From positions 62,001 to 126,000 of the IMG/VR virus record IMGVR_UViG_3300047321_000238: a stretch of 64,000 bases of DNA, one strand, 5' to 3'. The notes below the pieces were generated by a model, which saw only the letters and a list, made by a program, of their open reading frames with translations, was not told the origin of the DNA and did no database searches. Positions 49,451 to 57,500 of this stretch are shown one piece after another. Both the position numbers and the translations under genes were made by a program. Each line of letters starts with the position of its first letter. Position 1 is the first letter of the stretch.

Positions 49451-49700
49451 AATAGGAAATGAAGATATAACAGTTGAAATAACAAACTCTAGCTATTGTT
49501 CTATACCAAAATATACGATTGCATTAGGAGAAGCTGATGATTTAAGTGCAGTTCCTGAAATTAAATATGAAGATATAGATAAAACTGTAGCTATAATGCT
49601 AGAAGCTAAAAAAATGATAGAAGATGAAATGGAATTAGACGCTAAAAATAAAGCTGAAGCAGAAAAAGCTAAGGAATTAGCAAACAAAACAATAGATTAG
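49437..49700 (+). CDS. hypothetical protein
   Basis: GAGGAGG SD; start re-assigned. Confidence 0.7.
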   Translation: MLITRIGNEDITVEITNSSYCSIPKYTIALGEADDLSAVPEIKYEDIDKTVAIMLEAKKMIEDEMELDAKNKAEAEKAKELANKTID

Positions 49701-49709
49701 GGGGAATAC

Positions 49710-50204
49710 ATGTTAATAGAAATCGTACAAGCATTCATGACAAAAATTATGGATAATGGCTTAGGGACGTTTAAAAGTATTTATATTAATAAAGAACAAT
49801 ACGTTAGAGGATCCTTATTTGCATCAGCTTCTACATTCTTTTATCTTGTAGGAGTCAAACAGGTTGCTACAAGTGGTTGGTTAGTCATTGGAGTAATGAC
49901 ATTTGCCACTTTTATAGGGACATTGTTCCCTGGAATTTTCATGAAGAAAATAGAAAAAGATAAAACATGGACTTTTAATGTAATGGCAACATCTTTTGAA
50001 GAAGGTATTGAATTTGCAGATAAAATAAGAGAGCTTGATAATAGTTACAATATAGATATTAATACAACTATAAGTTATGATATTAATTTAAATAAAGTAG
50101 TTAGTTGTTCAATAGATTGTCCAACGAAAGAATCAAGTAAAATAGTATTAAATTTATTACCAGAAGATTTCAGTAAAAAGGTTAATATACCATTAGAAAT
50201 ATAA
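49710..50204 (+). CDS. membrane protein
   Basis: Hydrophobic N-terminal half. Confidence 0.75.
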   Translation: MLIEIVQAFMTKIMDNGLGTFKSIYINKEQYVRGSLFASASTFFYLVGVKQVATSGWLVIGVMTFATFIGTLFPGIFMKKIEKDKTWTFNVMATSFEEGIEFADKIRELDNSYNIDINTTISYDINLNKVVSCSIDCPTKESSKIVLNLLPEDFSKKVNIPLEI

Positions 50205-50212
50205 CAGGAGGA

Positions 50213-50773
50213 ATGTTTATGGGAATTATACACGGAATATATACAAAGTTTATGGATTTATATTGGTGGCAAATGTTATTGTGTGGAGCATATTTTTTAT
50301 ACTTCGTAACAAGAACATGCCAATTTTGGGATGCAACAGATGATGCTGGATTATGGAAAGGTTATAAAAAATTAATCTTTAGATATGAGAAAGCTTTTAA
50401 AATATATCATATTGTAAGAATAATATTTGATATGCCTCCAGCAGTAATAGGAATATTCTTTCCATTTTTAAAAAAAGTATTAGGGCATGAAATATATAAA
50501 TTCAAACCAGACGTACTACCAAAATATGAGTATTTAGTTACAGTATCAAGTACTATAATAAGAGATACACAAATGGTAGATACATCACAAGAAGGATTCA
50601 ATACTTTATGGAACGTTGAAGATGAACGTGATAAATTAATATGGAGTGATATAGATAATAAGGATATTGTATTAGGAACTGTTTATACAACATCTGGATC
50701 AGAAGCTGAAAAGGAAATGTCAGAGAAATATACCACAGATTCAAGATTTCTACACTCATATAGAATAAGGTAG
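50213..50773 (+). CDS. membrane-associated hypothetical protein
   Basis: AGGAGG SD. Confidence 0.75.
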   Translation: MFMGIIHGIYTKFMDLYWWQMLLCGAYFLYFVTRTCQFWDATDDAGLWKGYKKLIFRYEKAFKIYHIVRIIFDMPPAVIGIFFPFLKKVLGHEIYKFKPDVLPKYEYLVTVSSTIIRDTQMVDTSQEGFNTLWNVEDERDKLIWSDIDNKDIVLGTVYTTSGSEAEKEMSEKYTTDSRFLHSYRIR

Positions 50774-50783
50774 GTAAAAGTAA

Positions 50784-51251
50784 ATGAGTTTTTTAGGAAA
50801 ACAATTAAAACACGCATGGGCTTTTCTTAATGCAAAAGATACAAGAGAAGTTGATAGCGAAGTTCATACAATGCCTATAGATACTAAAGCTAATAATGAA
50901 GCTTTAGAAAGATTAATGGCTATAAGACATGACGGACCTGAAAGAGAGCAAGCTATTAATAATATTGTTAATATGGAACATGATATGATTAAATTACAAA
51001 TGCCAATGGAAGTAAAACCTAATGTTAAAGCTTATCTTATAACTTATCATGCATATTATCATTCACCTAGTAGTAAAGTAGCTATACCGATAATATGTAA
51101 AGATGAAAAAGAGATGTTAATGATACTAGAAGAAACAACAGGCTGTAAAGCACCTAGACTAGAAATAAAAAATCAACTAGAAATTCCTTTAGCTATGGTA
51201 AAAATAAAAGATTTAGATGCACAAAGTTTCTATAATCTAATGAAAGCGTGA
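50784..51251 (+). CDS. hypothetical protein (C-terminus paralogous to 52565-52798)
   Basis: IKDLDAQSFYNLMK. Confidence 0.75.
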   Translation: MSFLGKQLKHAWAFLNAKDTREVDSEVHTMPIDTKANNEALERLMAIRHDGPEREQAINNIVNMEHDMIKLQMPMEVKPNVKAYLITYHAYYHSPSSKVAIPIICKDEKEMLMILEETTGCKAPRLEIKNQLEIPLAMVKIKDLDAQSFYNLMKA

Positions 51252-51422
51252 TAAGTATGTTTCAATATATAGTAGGAGCAATATTATTTGCATGGATGTT
51301 AACTTGGTTTGGATTTGATAATTTTATATTAGGTGTTATTAATAGCTTTTTTGGAACTAGATTCGATATAAATGCATATTATATATCAGCAATTATATTA
51401 GCGATATTAGATAGGTGGTAGT

Positions 51423-51647
51423 ATGCAAGATAAAATAGTATTTATATTAGCTAATCTTGTTATAATTTTATTTGTATTTTTGAATAGTATATGTCTATTA
51501 AAATTATTAACATGGATACAAGGTGATAGATTTGAAGATAACAAGTATATTGACTTATTAAAAACAATAATAGCAGCATTTTTAAATATGTTATTATTAT
51601 ATCCAGAATTACATGGCTTAGGATTTATATTCAAAATAATAAAATAA
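51423..51647 (+). CDS. membrane protein
   Basis: AGGTGG SD; hydrophobic. Confidence 0.65.
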   Translation: MQDKIVFILANLVIILFVFLNSICLLKLLTWIQGDRFEDNKYIDLLKTIIAAFLNMLLLYPELHGLGFIFKIIK

Positions 51648-51663
51648 AAAAGATTTGACTAAC

Positions 51664-51695
51664 AAGGAGGAGCTTAATGCTCCTTCTTTTATTTT
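51664..51695 (+). terminator. Rho-independent terminator
   Basis: AAGGAGGAGC/GCTCCTTCTT followed by TTATTTT. Confidence 0.8.
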
Positions 51696-51715
51696 AAAGA
51701 AAGAGGTGAATTAAG

Positions 51716-51940
51716 TTGAACACTTTATTTGTATTAAAGGATTGTTCAGAAAAAAATGTCACTTATGGAGTTTTAATTATTAAAGCAGAAGTAACGCAAT
51801 TAGAAGTTGAAATAGCTATTAGCAATATAAAAGCAGATATGGATGATGAATTAGAAACTTCTTTTACAATAAATGAACACATATTACCTAAATTGCCATG
51901 GGAAGTCGAATTAGTAAAAGCTCCCATAGTAACAGTTTAG
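51716..51940 (+). CDS. hypothetical protein
   Basis: GAGGTG SD, TTG start. Confidence 0.65.
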   Translation: MNTLFVLKDCSEKNVTYGVLIIKAEVTQLEVEIAISNIKADMDDELETSFTINEHILPKLPWEVELVKAPIVTV

Positions 51941-51951
51941 TAGGTGATTAT

Positions 51952-52239
51952 ATGAAAAATTTATATATGTTATTATGCATTTTGGTTATAACAATTCCAT
52001 TATTAATTTATGGAGAAAATAGTAATAAAGCAGAAATAAATAAACAAGTACATGCGATTAATGGAGAAGTAATTTCTATTGACGGTCTAGGACTTTTTGA
52101 ACACGATCCGTTACCATGGGGAGGAAAAGGAACTACCAAATATAAATTTCTTTATAAACAAAATGGACAACTTAAAACAGGATATGTAATGTTCTCTTTT
52201 GGAGAAACATGGATTATGAATATTGAGGAAGTGAAATAA
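51952..52239 (+). CDS. small exported/membrane protein
   Basis: AGGTG SD; N-terminal hydrophobic segment. Confidence 0.7.
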   Translation: MKNLYMLLCILVITIPLLIYGENSNKAEINKQVHAINGEVISIDGLGLFEHDPLPWGGKGTTKYKFLYKQNGQLKTGYVMFSFGETWIMNIEEVK

Positions 52240-52565
52240 TGAAAAAAAAAGCAATGGAATTCAATGTAAGTGGACTTAAGTGTGATAATCCATTATGTGA
52301 TTATAAAGACATGTCAATTTTATCAAGTCGTTATAAACAATATGTTAATGCCCCATGTCCAAAATGTGGAGAAAACTTATTAACTGAAGCAGATTATAAA
52401 TCTCTAAAAGTACTTAGAGGCATAGCTAGATTTGTAAACTTTATATATTTCTTTATTCCTAAAAGTATGATAAAAAAAGATAGAGCAACAATGAAAGTAA
52501 CACACGATGGCTCAGGTGTTCCAACATTTGGACCAATAGAAATCATTAAAGAAGAGGTGAAATAA
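52239..52565 (+). CDS. Zn-ribbon-like hypothetical protein
   Basis: CDNPLC...CPKCG. Confidence 0.75.
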   Translation: MKKKAMEFNVSGLKCDNPLCDYKDMSILSSRYKQYVNAPCPKCGENLLTEADYKSLKVLRGIARFVNFIYFFIPKSMIKKDRATMKVTHDGSGVPTFGPIEIIKEEVK

Positions 52566-52798
52566 TGAAAGCATATAGTATATATTTTAATGCACCTGGA
52601 GTTAATGGAAGCACTACTTTAATTTGTAAAGAGAACGATTCGGCTATTCTTTCAATGTTAGCTAAGAAATATGACTGTAAAGAAGAACATATGAAAATTG
52701 AACAAGTATCGGAAGTAAATTTAGAAGAAATTAATATTAAAAATTTAGATGCAAGAAGTTTCTTAAATTTAATGAAAATTGGAATATTGGAAGGATAA
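52565..52798 (+). CDS. hypothetical protein
   Basis: IKNLDARSFLNLMK. Confidence 0.7.
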   Translation: MKAYSIYFNAPGVNGSTTLICKENDSAILSMLAKKYDCKEEHMKIEQVSEVNLEEINIKNLDARSFLNLMKIGILEG

Positions 52799-52850
52799 TA
52801 AATATTTTAAATAAATTTACCCAAAATATAAAAAATATTCAAAAAAGGTG

Positions 52851-52879
52851 TTGACAACTTGTCCATTGTTTGGTATATT
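52851..52879 (+). promoter_or_regulatory. sigma-A promoter driving the RNA cluster
   Basis: TTGACA-17 nt-TATATT with TG extension and A-rich UP-like region. Confidence 0.85.
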
Positions 52880-53086
52880 GGTTATATCGTAGCTAACGGT
52901 AACGGTTACGAGACAATGACTTTTAGAATTCTTCTTATTGGATAATTCTTTTCATGGTACACCTCCTTTCGAATATAATATATATAAGCTATGCTGTTCA
53001 GCCTTTCAGCATAAGAGGTAAAGTCCTCGACATAATAAAAGAGTGTAGTAACTTCAGGGCGTGGATGTTACTACGCAAATACATAT

Positions 53087-53173
53087 GGAAGAGTGGCCGA
53101 GATGGTTGATGGCGGCAGACTGTAAATCTGTTCTGTAAAAAGCACGTTGGTTCGAATCCAACCTTTTCCACCA
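53087..53173 (+). tRNA. tRNA-Tyr(GTA)
   Basis: Cloverleaf, long variable arm, CCA. Confidence 0.95.
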
Positions 53174-53412
53174 AAGTCTAAGGTTAAGATATATTCACTC
53201 AATTGACTTGAATTGAATAAAGTTACACATTAGGTTAGTAATACTTTGATTAAAGATATATTCATCAGAATATTGATAGTCAATTATAACTATACGTAAT
53301 ATGGATGTTTCTGAACTTCAGCCCCTGTGGTACATAAATATGTGAGAAATATCGGAGTATTCTAATTAGGAATATGTGTCTAGTAGTAGGTCGGGACTAG
53401 ACAAAATAATAT

Positions 53413-53488
53413 GGATAGATAGCTCAGATGGTAGAGCAGTGGATTGAAGATCCGCGTGTCCAAGGTTCGATTCCTTGTCTGTCCACCA
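53413..53488 (+). tRNA. tRNA-Phe(GAA)
   Basis: Cloverleaf, 76 nt, CCA. Confidence 0.95.
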
Positions 53489-53557
53489 GTAGGTTTTTGT
53501 TAGCTTTTGCCGTAGAACTCCTAGAGAGAGTCAAATCAAAAACTATCTCCACCATAT

Positions 53558-53634
53558 GGCTCTGTAGCTCAGTTGGAAGAGCATCCGTATTATTAAACGG
53601 AGTGTCGGAGGTTCAATTCCTCCCAAAGTCTCCA
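53558..53634 (+). tRNA. tRNA-like gene with 8-nt anticodon loop ATTATTAA (Asn-like?)
   Basis: D and T arms and CCA intact; TCCGT/ACGGA stem. Confidence 0.7.
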
Positions 53635-53697
53635 TTCATCCTTTTTATATTTTTATATTGTAGATACTCTCTATTATTGGGAGGGTATTTGCAACAT

Positions 53698-53772
53698 GGC
53701 TCATTAGTATAGCGGTTAGTACACTGCCCTGTCACGGCAGAAGCGGGAGTTCGATTCTCCCATAAGTCGCCA
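53698..53772 (+). tRNA. tRNA-Asp(GTC)
   Basis: Cloverleaf, CCA, one acceptor mismatch. Confidence 0.9.
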
Positions 53773-53831
53773 TAGGATTTTCTTTTGTCAGTTTCTTTCT
53801 AGATCAAAAAAGTAAACTGTAAAACCTATAT

Positions 53832-53920
53832 GGAGCAATACTCAAGTGGCTTAAGAGTCCAGTCTTGAAAACTGGTAGGCTGTAACAGGTGCGTAGGTTC
53901 GAATCCTACTTGCTCCGCCA
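53832..53920 (+). tRNA. tRNA-Ser(TGA)
   Basis: Cloverleaf, long variable arm, GCCA. Confidence 0.95.
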
Positions 53921-53986
53921 AGGCGTTAAGCCTATGTTTTCTTTAGACGTAAGTTTCTTTTCTCAAAAGCAAACACGTTGAATTAT

Positions 53987-54063
53987 GGGTTCTTAGCTCA
54001 GATGGCTAGAGCACTGGCCTCCAAATCCAGGTGTCCTAGGTTCGATTCCTAGAGGGCTCGCCA
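53987..54063 (+). tRNA. tRNA-Trp(CCA)
   Basis: Loop CT-CCA-AA, G73, CCA. Confidence 0.9.
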
Positions 54064-54140
54064 ATAAAGAGTAAAGTTGTACCGCTCTAATGTTAGTTAT
54101 TAGTGTACATCGCAAAGGAGAATGACTAACAAAACAATAT

Positions 54141-54231
54141 GGAACTGTACTCAAGAGGTTTAAGAGGAGCCCTTGCTAAGGGTTTAGACGAATTTATTCG
54201 TGCTAGGGTTCGAATCCCTACGATTCCGCCA
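54141..54231 (+). tRNA. tRNA-Ser(GCT)
   Basis: Cloverleaf, long variable arm, GCCA. Confidence 0.9.
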
Positions 54232-54570
54232 AGGGTAGTTCAACACACTTCTAGTAGAGTTTCTACAAGTGGCAAGAGTAAATGTATGCAGTTAACTTAT
54301 AAGAACATTGCATAGCAGTATAGAACCAGTGGTAATGATCCACCGATACTGCAAAAGGTTTTAATGCTTAGTAGGAACAACTAAGTAGTGTACGCTATCT
54401 ACAAAAGAGTATCCTCATGGTGCTGATACTTGAAAGATGGATAAGGGTGAACCACTTGAAACCCGATAGCAAAAGACCTAATAAGTAGCAAAATTAGGTT
54501 TAAAACTCTAAATATAATTAGGGATTAAAGCAATTACAAATGCAAGTTTAGGACTTTTATAATAGTCCTT
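54232..54570 (+). ncRNA. candidate structured ncRNA (~340 nt)
   Basis: Many nested stems (GCAGTAT/ATACTGC, GCTATC/GATAGC, ACCTAAT/ATTAGGT); no ORF. Confidence 0.45.
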
Positions 54571-54575
54571 TATAT

Positions 54576-54651
54576 GCTGAATTAGCACAATTGGCAGTGC
54601 ATCTGACTTGTAATCAGAAGGTTAAGAGTTCGAATCTCTTATTCAGCTCCA
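54576..54651 (+). tRNA. tRNA-Thr(TGT)
   Basis: Perfect cloverleaf, CCA. Confidence 0.95.
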
Positions 54652-54780
54652 AAACCAGTATTCGGTGGCAATCTAATTGCACTAGCTGACGAGGTTTGTC
54701 ACACAGAGATAGACGTTAATTCTCGGAGTCTTTATTAGGAAGACATCTAGACAGTATGGTAGGGACTGTCCAACCGATAT

Positions 54781-54855
54781 AGCATTGTTGAGGAGTGGTT
54801 TCTCGCTAGCTCAAAAAGCTAGAGCACACTGGTTCGATTCCAGTCTTTGCGACCA
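54781..54855 (+). tRNA. degenerate tRNA-like gene (loop TCAAAAA)
   Basis: D, anticodon and T stems paired, ACCA end; acceptor has 3 mismatches; no U33. Confidence 0.6.
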
Positions 54856-54993
54856 TAATCTATGTAAGTCTTCACAGATTCTAATTGTGTGAAGCCGAAA
54901 CTTATATCAACGCGGTAAGGATAAAGTATTAGATAAACCATCCTATTAGCAGAGATTACGGGTGCAGAAGTTCGTAGTTATAGCATCCACCAA

Positions 54994-55069
54994 CAGGATA
55001 TAGGACAGTTGGTAGTCCGCCACATTTGGGATGTGGAGATCCTAGGTTCGAGTCCTAGTATCCTGACCA
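54994..55069 (+). tRNA. tRNA-Pro(TGG)
   Basis: C1-G72, A73, TT-TGG-GA loop, CCA. Confidence 0.95.
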
Positions 55070-55305
55070 AGGTCGTCTGTAGTTTAAGCGAATTCTTTAC
55101 TAACTAGCTTAACAAAAAACTTACTGTTGATTCAAAGCATGCCTGCGATCATGGCCAATGATTTGTTAGTTTTAATCATAAGCTGAATCAAAGTGTTCTT
55201 AGGAAGTACAATATGCATATCGTTCAAAAGCGAAAGATTTCATAGATGGCGTTTATAATAAGAACAACAATAAAGTAATGAGCCACCTGCCATTACTTTA
55301 AATAT

Positions 55306-55383
55306 CAGGATGTAGCTCAGTTGGTAGAGTGCTGGCACGATTATAGCCAGAAGTCGTAGGTTCAATCCCTACTGTCCTGACCA
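55306..55383 (+). tRNA. tRNA-Pro-like body with 9-nt anticodon loop ACGATTATA
   Basis: CAGGATG/TGTCCTG-ACCA; CTGGC/GCCAG stem. Confidence 0.8.
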
Positions 55384-55390
55384 AAGTGTG

Positions 55391-55471
55391 GGGAGCACAT
55401 ATTGCGGAAAGCTTTGTAACCAAAAGTAAGGAATGTTGTTCTGGCATAAAGTTCCTTTGCTCCCATGGTTA
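55391..55471 (+). ncRNA. novel ~74-nt branched RNA, copy 1, plus ATGGTTA tail
   Basis: GGGAGCA/TGCTCCC closing stem; covaries with copy 2. Confidence 0.75.
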
Positions 55472-55667
55472 TTTACTTGGTAGCTATACCAAGACTATAA
55501 AATAGTCGTATCTTAGGAACGTAAGCACTAAGCGTCATCAGGCTAAAGACTAATAATTAATTTATTAGAGATGAGAACCCTGACCAATGTATTGAAAGCT
55601 TAACGGATGTTGGAAACGTTAGTTTTTAGGGTGATAACCTTGAGTAGTGTCTAAATAATCATAATAT

Positions 55668-55746
55668 CAGGATGTAGCTCAGTTGGTAGAGCACTGGCAT
55701 TAATAGGAGCCAGAGGTCGTAGGTTTGAGTCCTACTGTCCTGACCA
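55668..55746 (+). tRNA. tRNA-Pro-like body with 10-nt anticodon loop ATTAATAGGA
   Basis: Same acceptor and anticodon stems as 55306. Confidence 0.8.
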
Positions 55747-55754
55747 TATCTGTC

Positions 55755-55836
55755 GAGAGTACAGTTTGCAGAAAAGCTTAAGAACCTAAAGCAGGGAATG
55801 TTGTTCTGGTATAAAGTTCCCTTACTCTCATGGTTA
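55755..55836 (+). ncRNA. novel ~74-nt branched RNA, copy 2, plus ATGGTTA tail
   Basis: GAGAGTA/TACTCTC closing stem. Confidence 0.75.
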
Positions 55837-55840
55837 ACAA

Positions 55841-55915
55841 TGGGGAATAGTCAAGCGGAAAGACAGTGGATTTTGATTCCACGATGCGAAGGTTCGAACC
55901 CTTCTTCCTCAGCCA
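55841..55915 (+). tRNA. tRNA-Gln(TTG)
   Basis: U1-A72, G73, TT-TTG-AT loop, CCA. Confidence 0.95.
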
Positions 55916-56010
55916 CCTACAATAGTAGGAGTTTATTATAAGTCCGATTTCAATCTTTTATTAGCTATTAATGGCTCGCCAAAGTAATCATTAATAGCTA
56001 ATATAATATC

Positions 56011-56086
56011 ATGAAGGTAGGATAGTTGGTAGTCCACCAGTTTGTGGCACTGGTTTACGCGAGTTCGAGTCTCGTCCTTCATTCCA
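56011..56086 (+). tRNA. tRNA-His(GTG), atypical acceptor end
   Basis: TT-GTG-GC loop; A1-U72, U73, no genomic G-1. Confidence 0.85.
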
Positions 56087-56087
56087 T

Positions 56088-56164
56088 GGCTTCATAGCTC
56101 AGTTGGCTAGAGCAATCGGTTCATACCCGAAAGATCATTGGTTCAAGTCCAATTGAAGCCACCA
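56088..56164 (+). tRNA. tRNA-Met(CAT), elongator type
   Basis: GGTTCATACCCG arm as in Firmicute elongator Met; CCA. Confidence 0.9.
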
Positions 56165-56372
56165 TAATAAAGAAGATATTCAATATTTGTAAATAATTTC
56201 TCCCGTAGAATGTGTTTATGTGTGTGGTTGAATGTCTTTTTTATTTTCTAAATATTTACCGTTTATACTTAAACTTATTAGATACTTGCAAACAATACTG
56301 AATAAAACTGTTGTGGCAAGAGTATATAAATGGTATGGTGTAAGTATCTAATAATACAAAAAGGAGTATACT

Positions 56373-56696
56373 ATGAGAGAACACACTTTAATATTAGAAA
56401 AAGTAACACCTAGTAAAACTGAATTAGTAGATAACAAATTTTACAGATTAGAATTCACTGGTTTAAATAATCAAATATATACTGCATTTGTTGACAAAAA
56501 AGATGTTGATAATGAAGTTATACTTTTGAATGATACATTTGATGTAATAAAAGTAGATATATTTAGAGATAATTTAAATGAATCAGTTAATGATAATATA
56601 TTTGAGACACAACCTCATTTAAAGTATGAAGGAGTCTATTCTTATATTACAATAGATATAAATCATACAGATCCAGCAGTGTTCAATAGAATATAA
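56373..56696 (+). CDS. hypothetical protein embedded in the tRNA cluster
   Basis: AAGGAG SD. Confidence 0.75.
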   Translation: MREHTLILEKVTPSKTELVDNKFYRLEFTGLNNQIYTAFVDKKDVDNEVILLNDTFDVIKVDIFRDNLNESVNDNIFETQPHLKYEGVYSYITIDINHTDPAVFNRI

Positions 56697-56869
56697 TGAA
56701 AAATCACCGAGAAATAAGCCTGATTATGCCAATTAGTTCGTCACCTCTAGTTGAAGGTTCATTCTAATAGGTACGAGTTTGCTACGTTAAATGTTTGTAA
56801 TCAGTAAAAGTTCTAAAATGTTATTATGAATTCGAATAGTAATGACGTGCTAGTGTGCACAGGTTGACT

Positions 56870-56990
56870 AGTAACATGGAGAAGGCGGTCCATCTTCGAT
56901 AGAAGACCAGGGGTTCGATTCCCTTTGTTATCGCCACAAAACGGTAATAGTTTGGTACGGATTAGAGATTCGACTCCTCTACTCTCCACA
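56870..56990 (+). ncRNA. tRNA-like element with two T-loop hairpins
   Basis: AGGGG-TTCGATT-CCCTT and TAGAG-ATTCGACTC-CTCTA; internal GCCA. Confidence 0.6.
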
Positions 56991-56996
56991 AAATAT

Positions 56997-57091
56997 GTGG
57001 GTATGGTGAAATTGGCAGACACAGGCAAAAAGCGGCAACTCAGATGATATGCTCAGTTGTGTGAAGGTTCGAATCCTTCTACCCTACATCA
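56997..57091 (+). tRNA. tRNA-Leu-like body with collapsed anticodon arm
   Basis: GTGAAATTGGCAGACAC D arm, long variable stem, perfect T arm; no anticodon stem; ends ATCA. Confidence 0.65.
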
Positions 57092-57092
57092 T

Positions 57093-57173
57093 GGGTTAAT
57101 AGTTCAATTGGTTAGAATACCGTTTGCTTACAAACAACGGAGATGTAGGTTCGAGTCCTACAAGGGCCTGCCA
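57093..57173 (+). tRNA. tRNA-like gene with 11-nt loop containing CTTACAA (Val-like)
   Basis: CCGTT/AACGG stem, T arm, GCCA; weak acceptor. Confidence 0.65.
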
Positions 57174-57187
57174 AATAAATATAATAT

Positions 57188-57256
57188 GGGCCGATAGCTC
57201 AGTGGCAGAGCATATGACTTTTACTCATATACGTGGGTTCGATTCCCAATAGCCTA
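57188..57256 (+). pseudogene. degenerate tRNA-Lys-like gene, 8-nt loop CTTTTTAC, no CCA
   Basis: D and T arms present; acceptor mismatched. Confidence 0.6.
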
Positions 57257-57429
57257 TAATAGTTATTATCACAATTATAAGAATCACAGAGTGGGTTCTT
57301 GGTATTTAGGAATGACGTCAAAGGTAATGCATGTTAGTGGGACGTTGAAGGGTGCTCGTAACTTTAGCTAAGTTAGGAAGAGCATACCTAGTAGTTGTCT
57401 GAGGGTTGGCAATCACAAAAAAATAATAT

Positions 57430-57500
57430 GAGTTTGTAGCTCAGTGGTAGAGCATAGGAATTTTAATCCTAGACATAGGTTCGATTCCTGTCATAGCTCA
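57430..57500 (+). tRNA. tRNA-Lys(TTT), somewhat degenerate, CCA not encoded
   Basis: TAGGA-ATTTTAA-TCCTA arm; T arm intact. Confidence 0.7.

Noticed and set aside
52934-52955. Type I toxin ORF on the minus strand behind a perfect SD
   Set aside because: Only six codons (MKRIIQ) as sequenced; kept only as part of the anti-SD RNA finding
53428-53712. 94-aa ORF
   Set aside because: Overlaps tRNA-Phe, a tRNA-like gene and tRNA-Asp; a translation artefact of tRNA sequence
34496-54692. Hammerhead ribozyme cores (CTGACGA at ~34496 and ~54686)
   Set aside because: No stem II followed by GAAA in the required topology
53016-54920. RNase P RNA (GAGGTAAAGTCC at ~53015, AACGCGGTAA at ~54909)
   Set aside because: Fragments are far apart and separated by tRNAs; the P4 3' strand motif was not found
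55306-55746. Stop-codon suppressor tRNAs or genetic-code reassignment
   Set aside because: Enlarged loops give no defined anticodon, and ORFs read normally under code 11 with TAA, TAG and TGA all used as stops
56870-56990. tmRNA or permuted tmRNA
   Set aside because: Neither acceptor stem has G3.U70 with A73-CCA, and no tag reading frame is evident
56813-57028. 71-aa minus-strand ORF
   Set aside because: Antisense to tRNA-like elements
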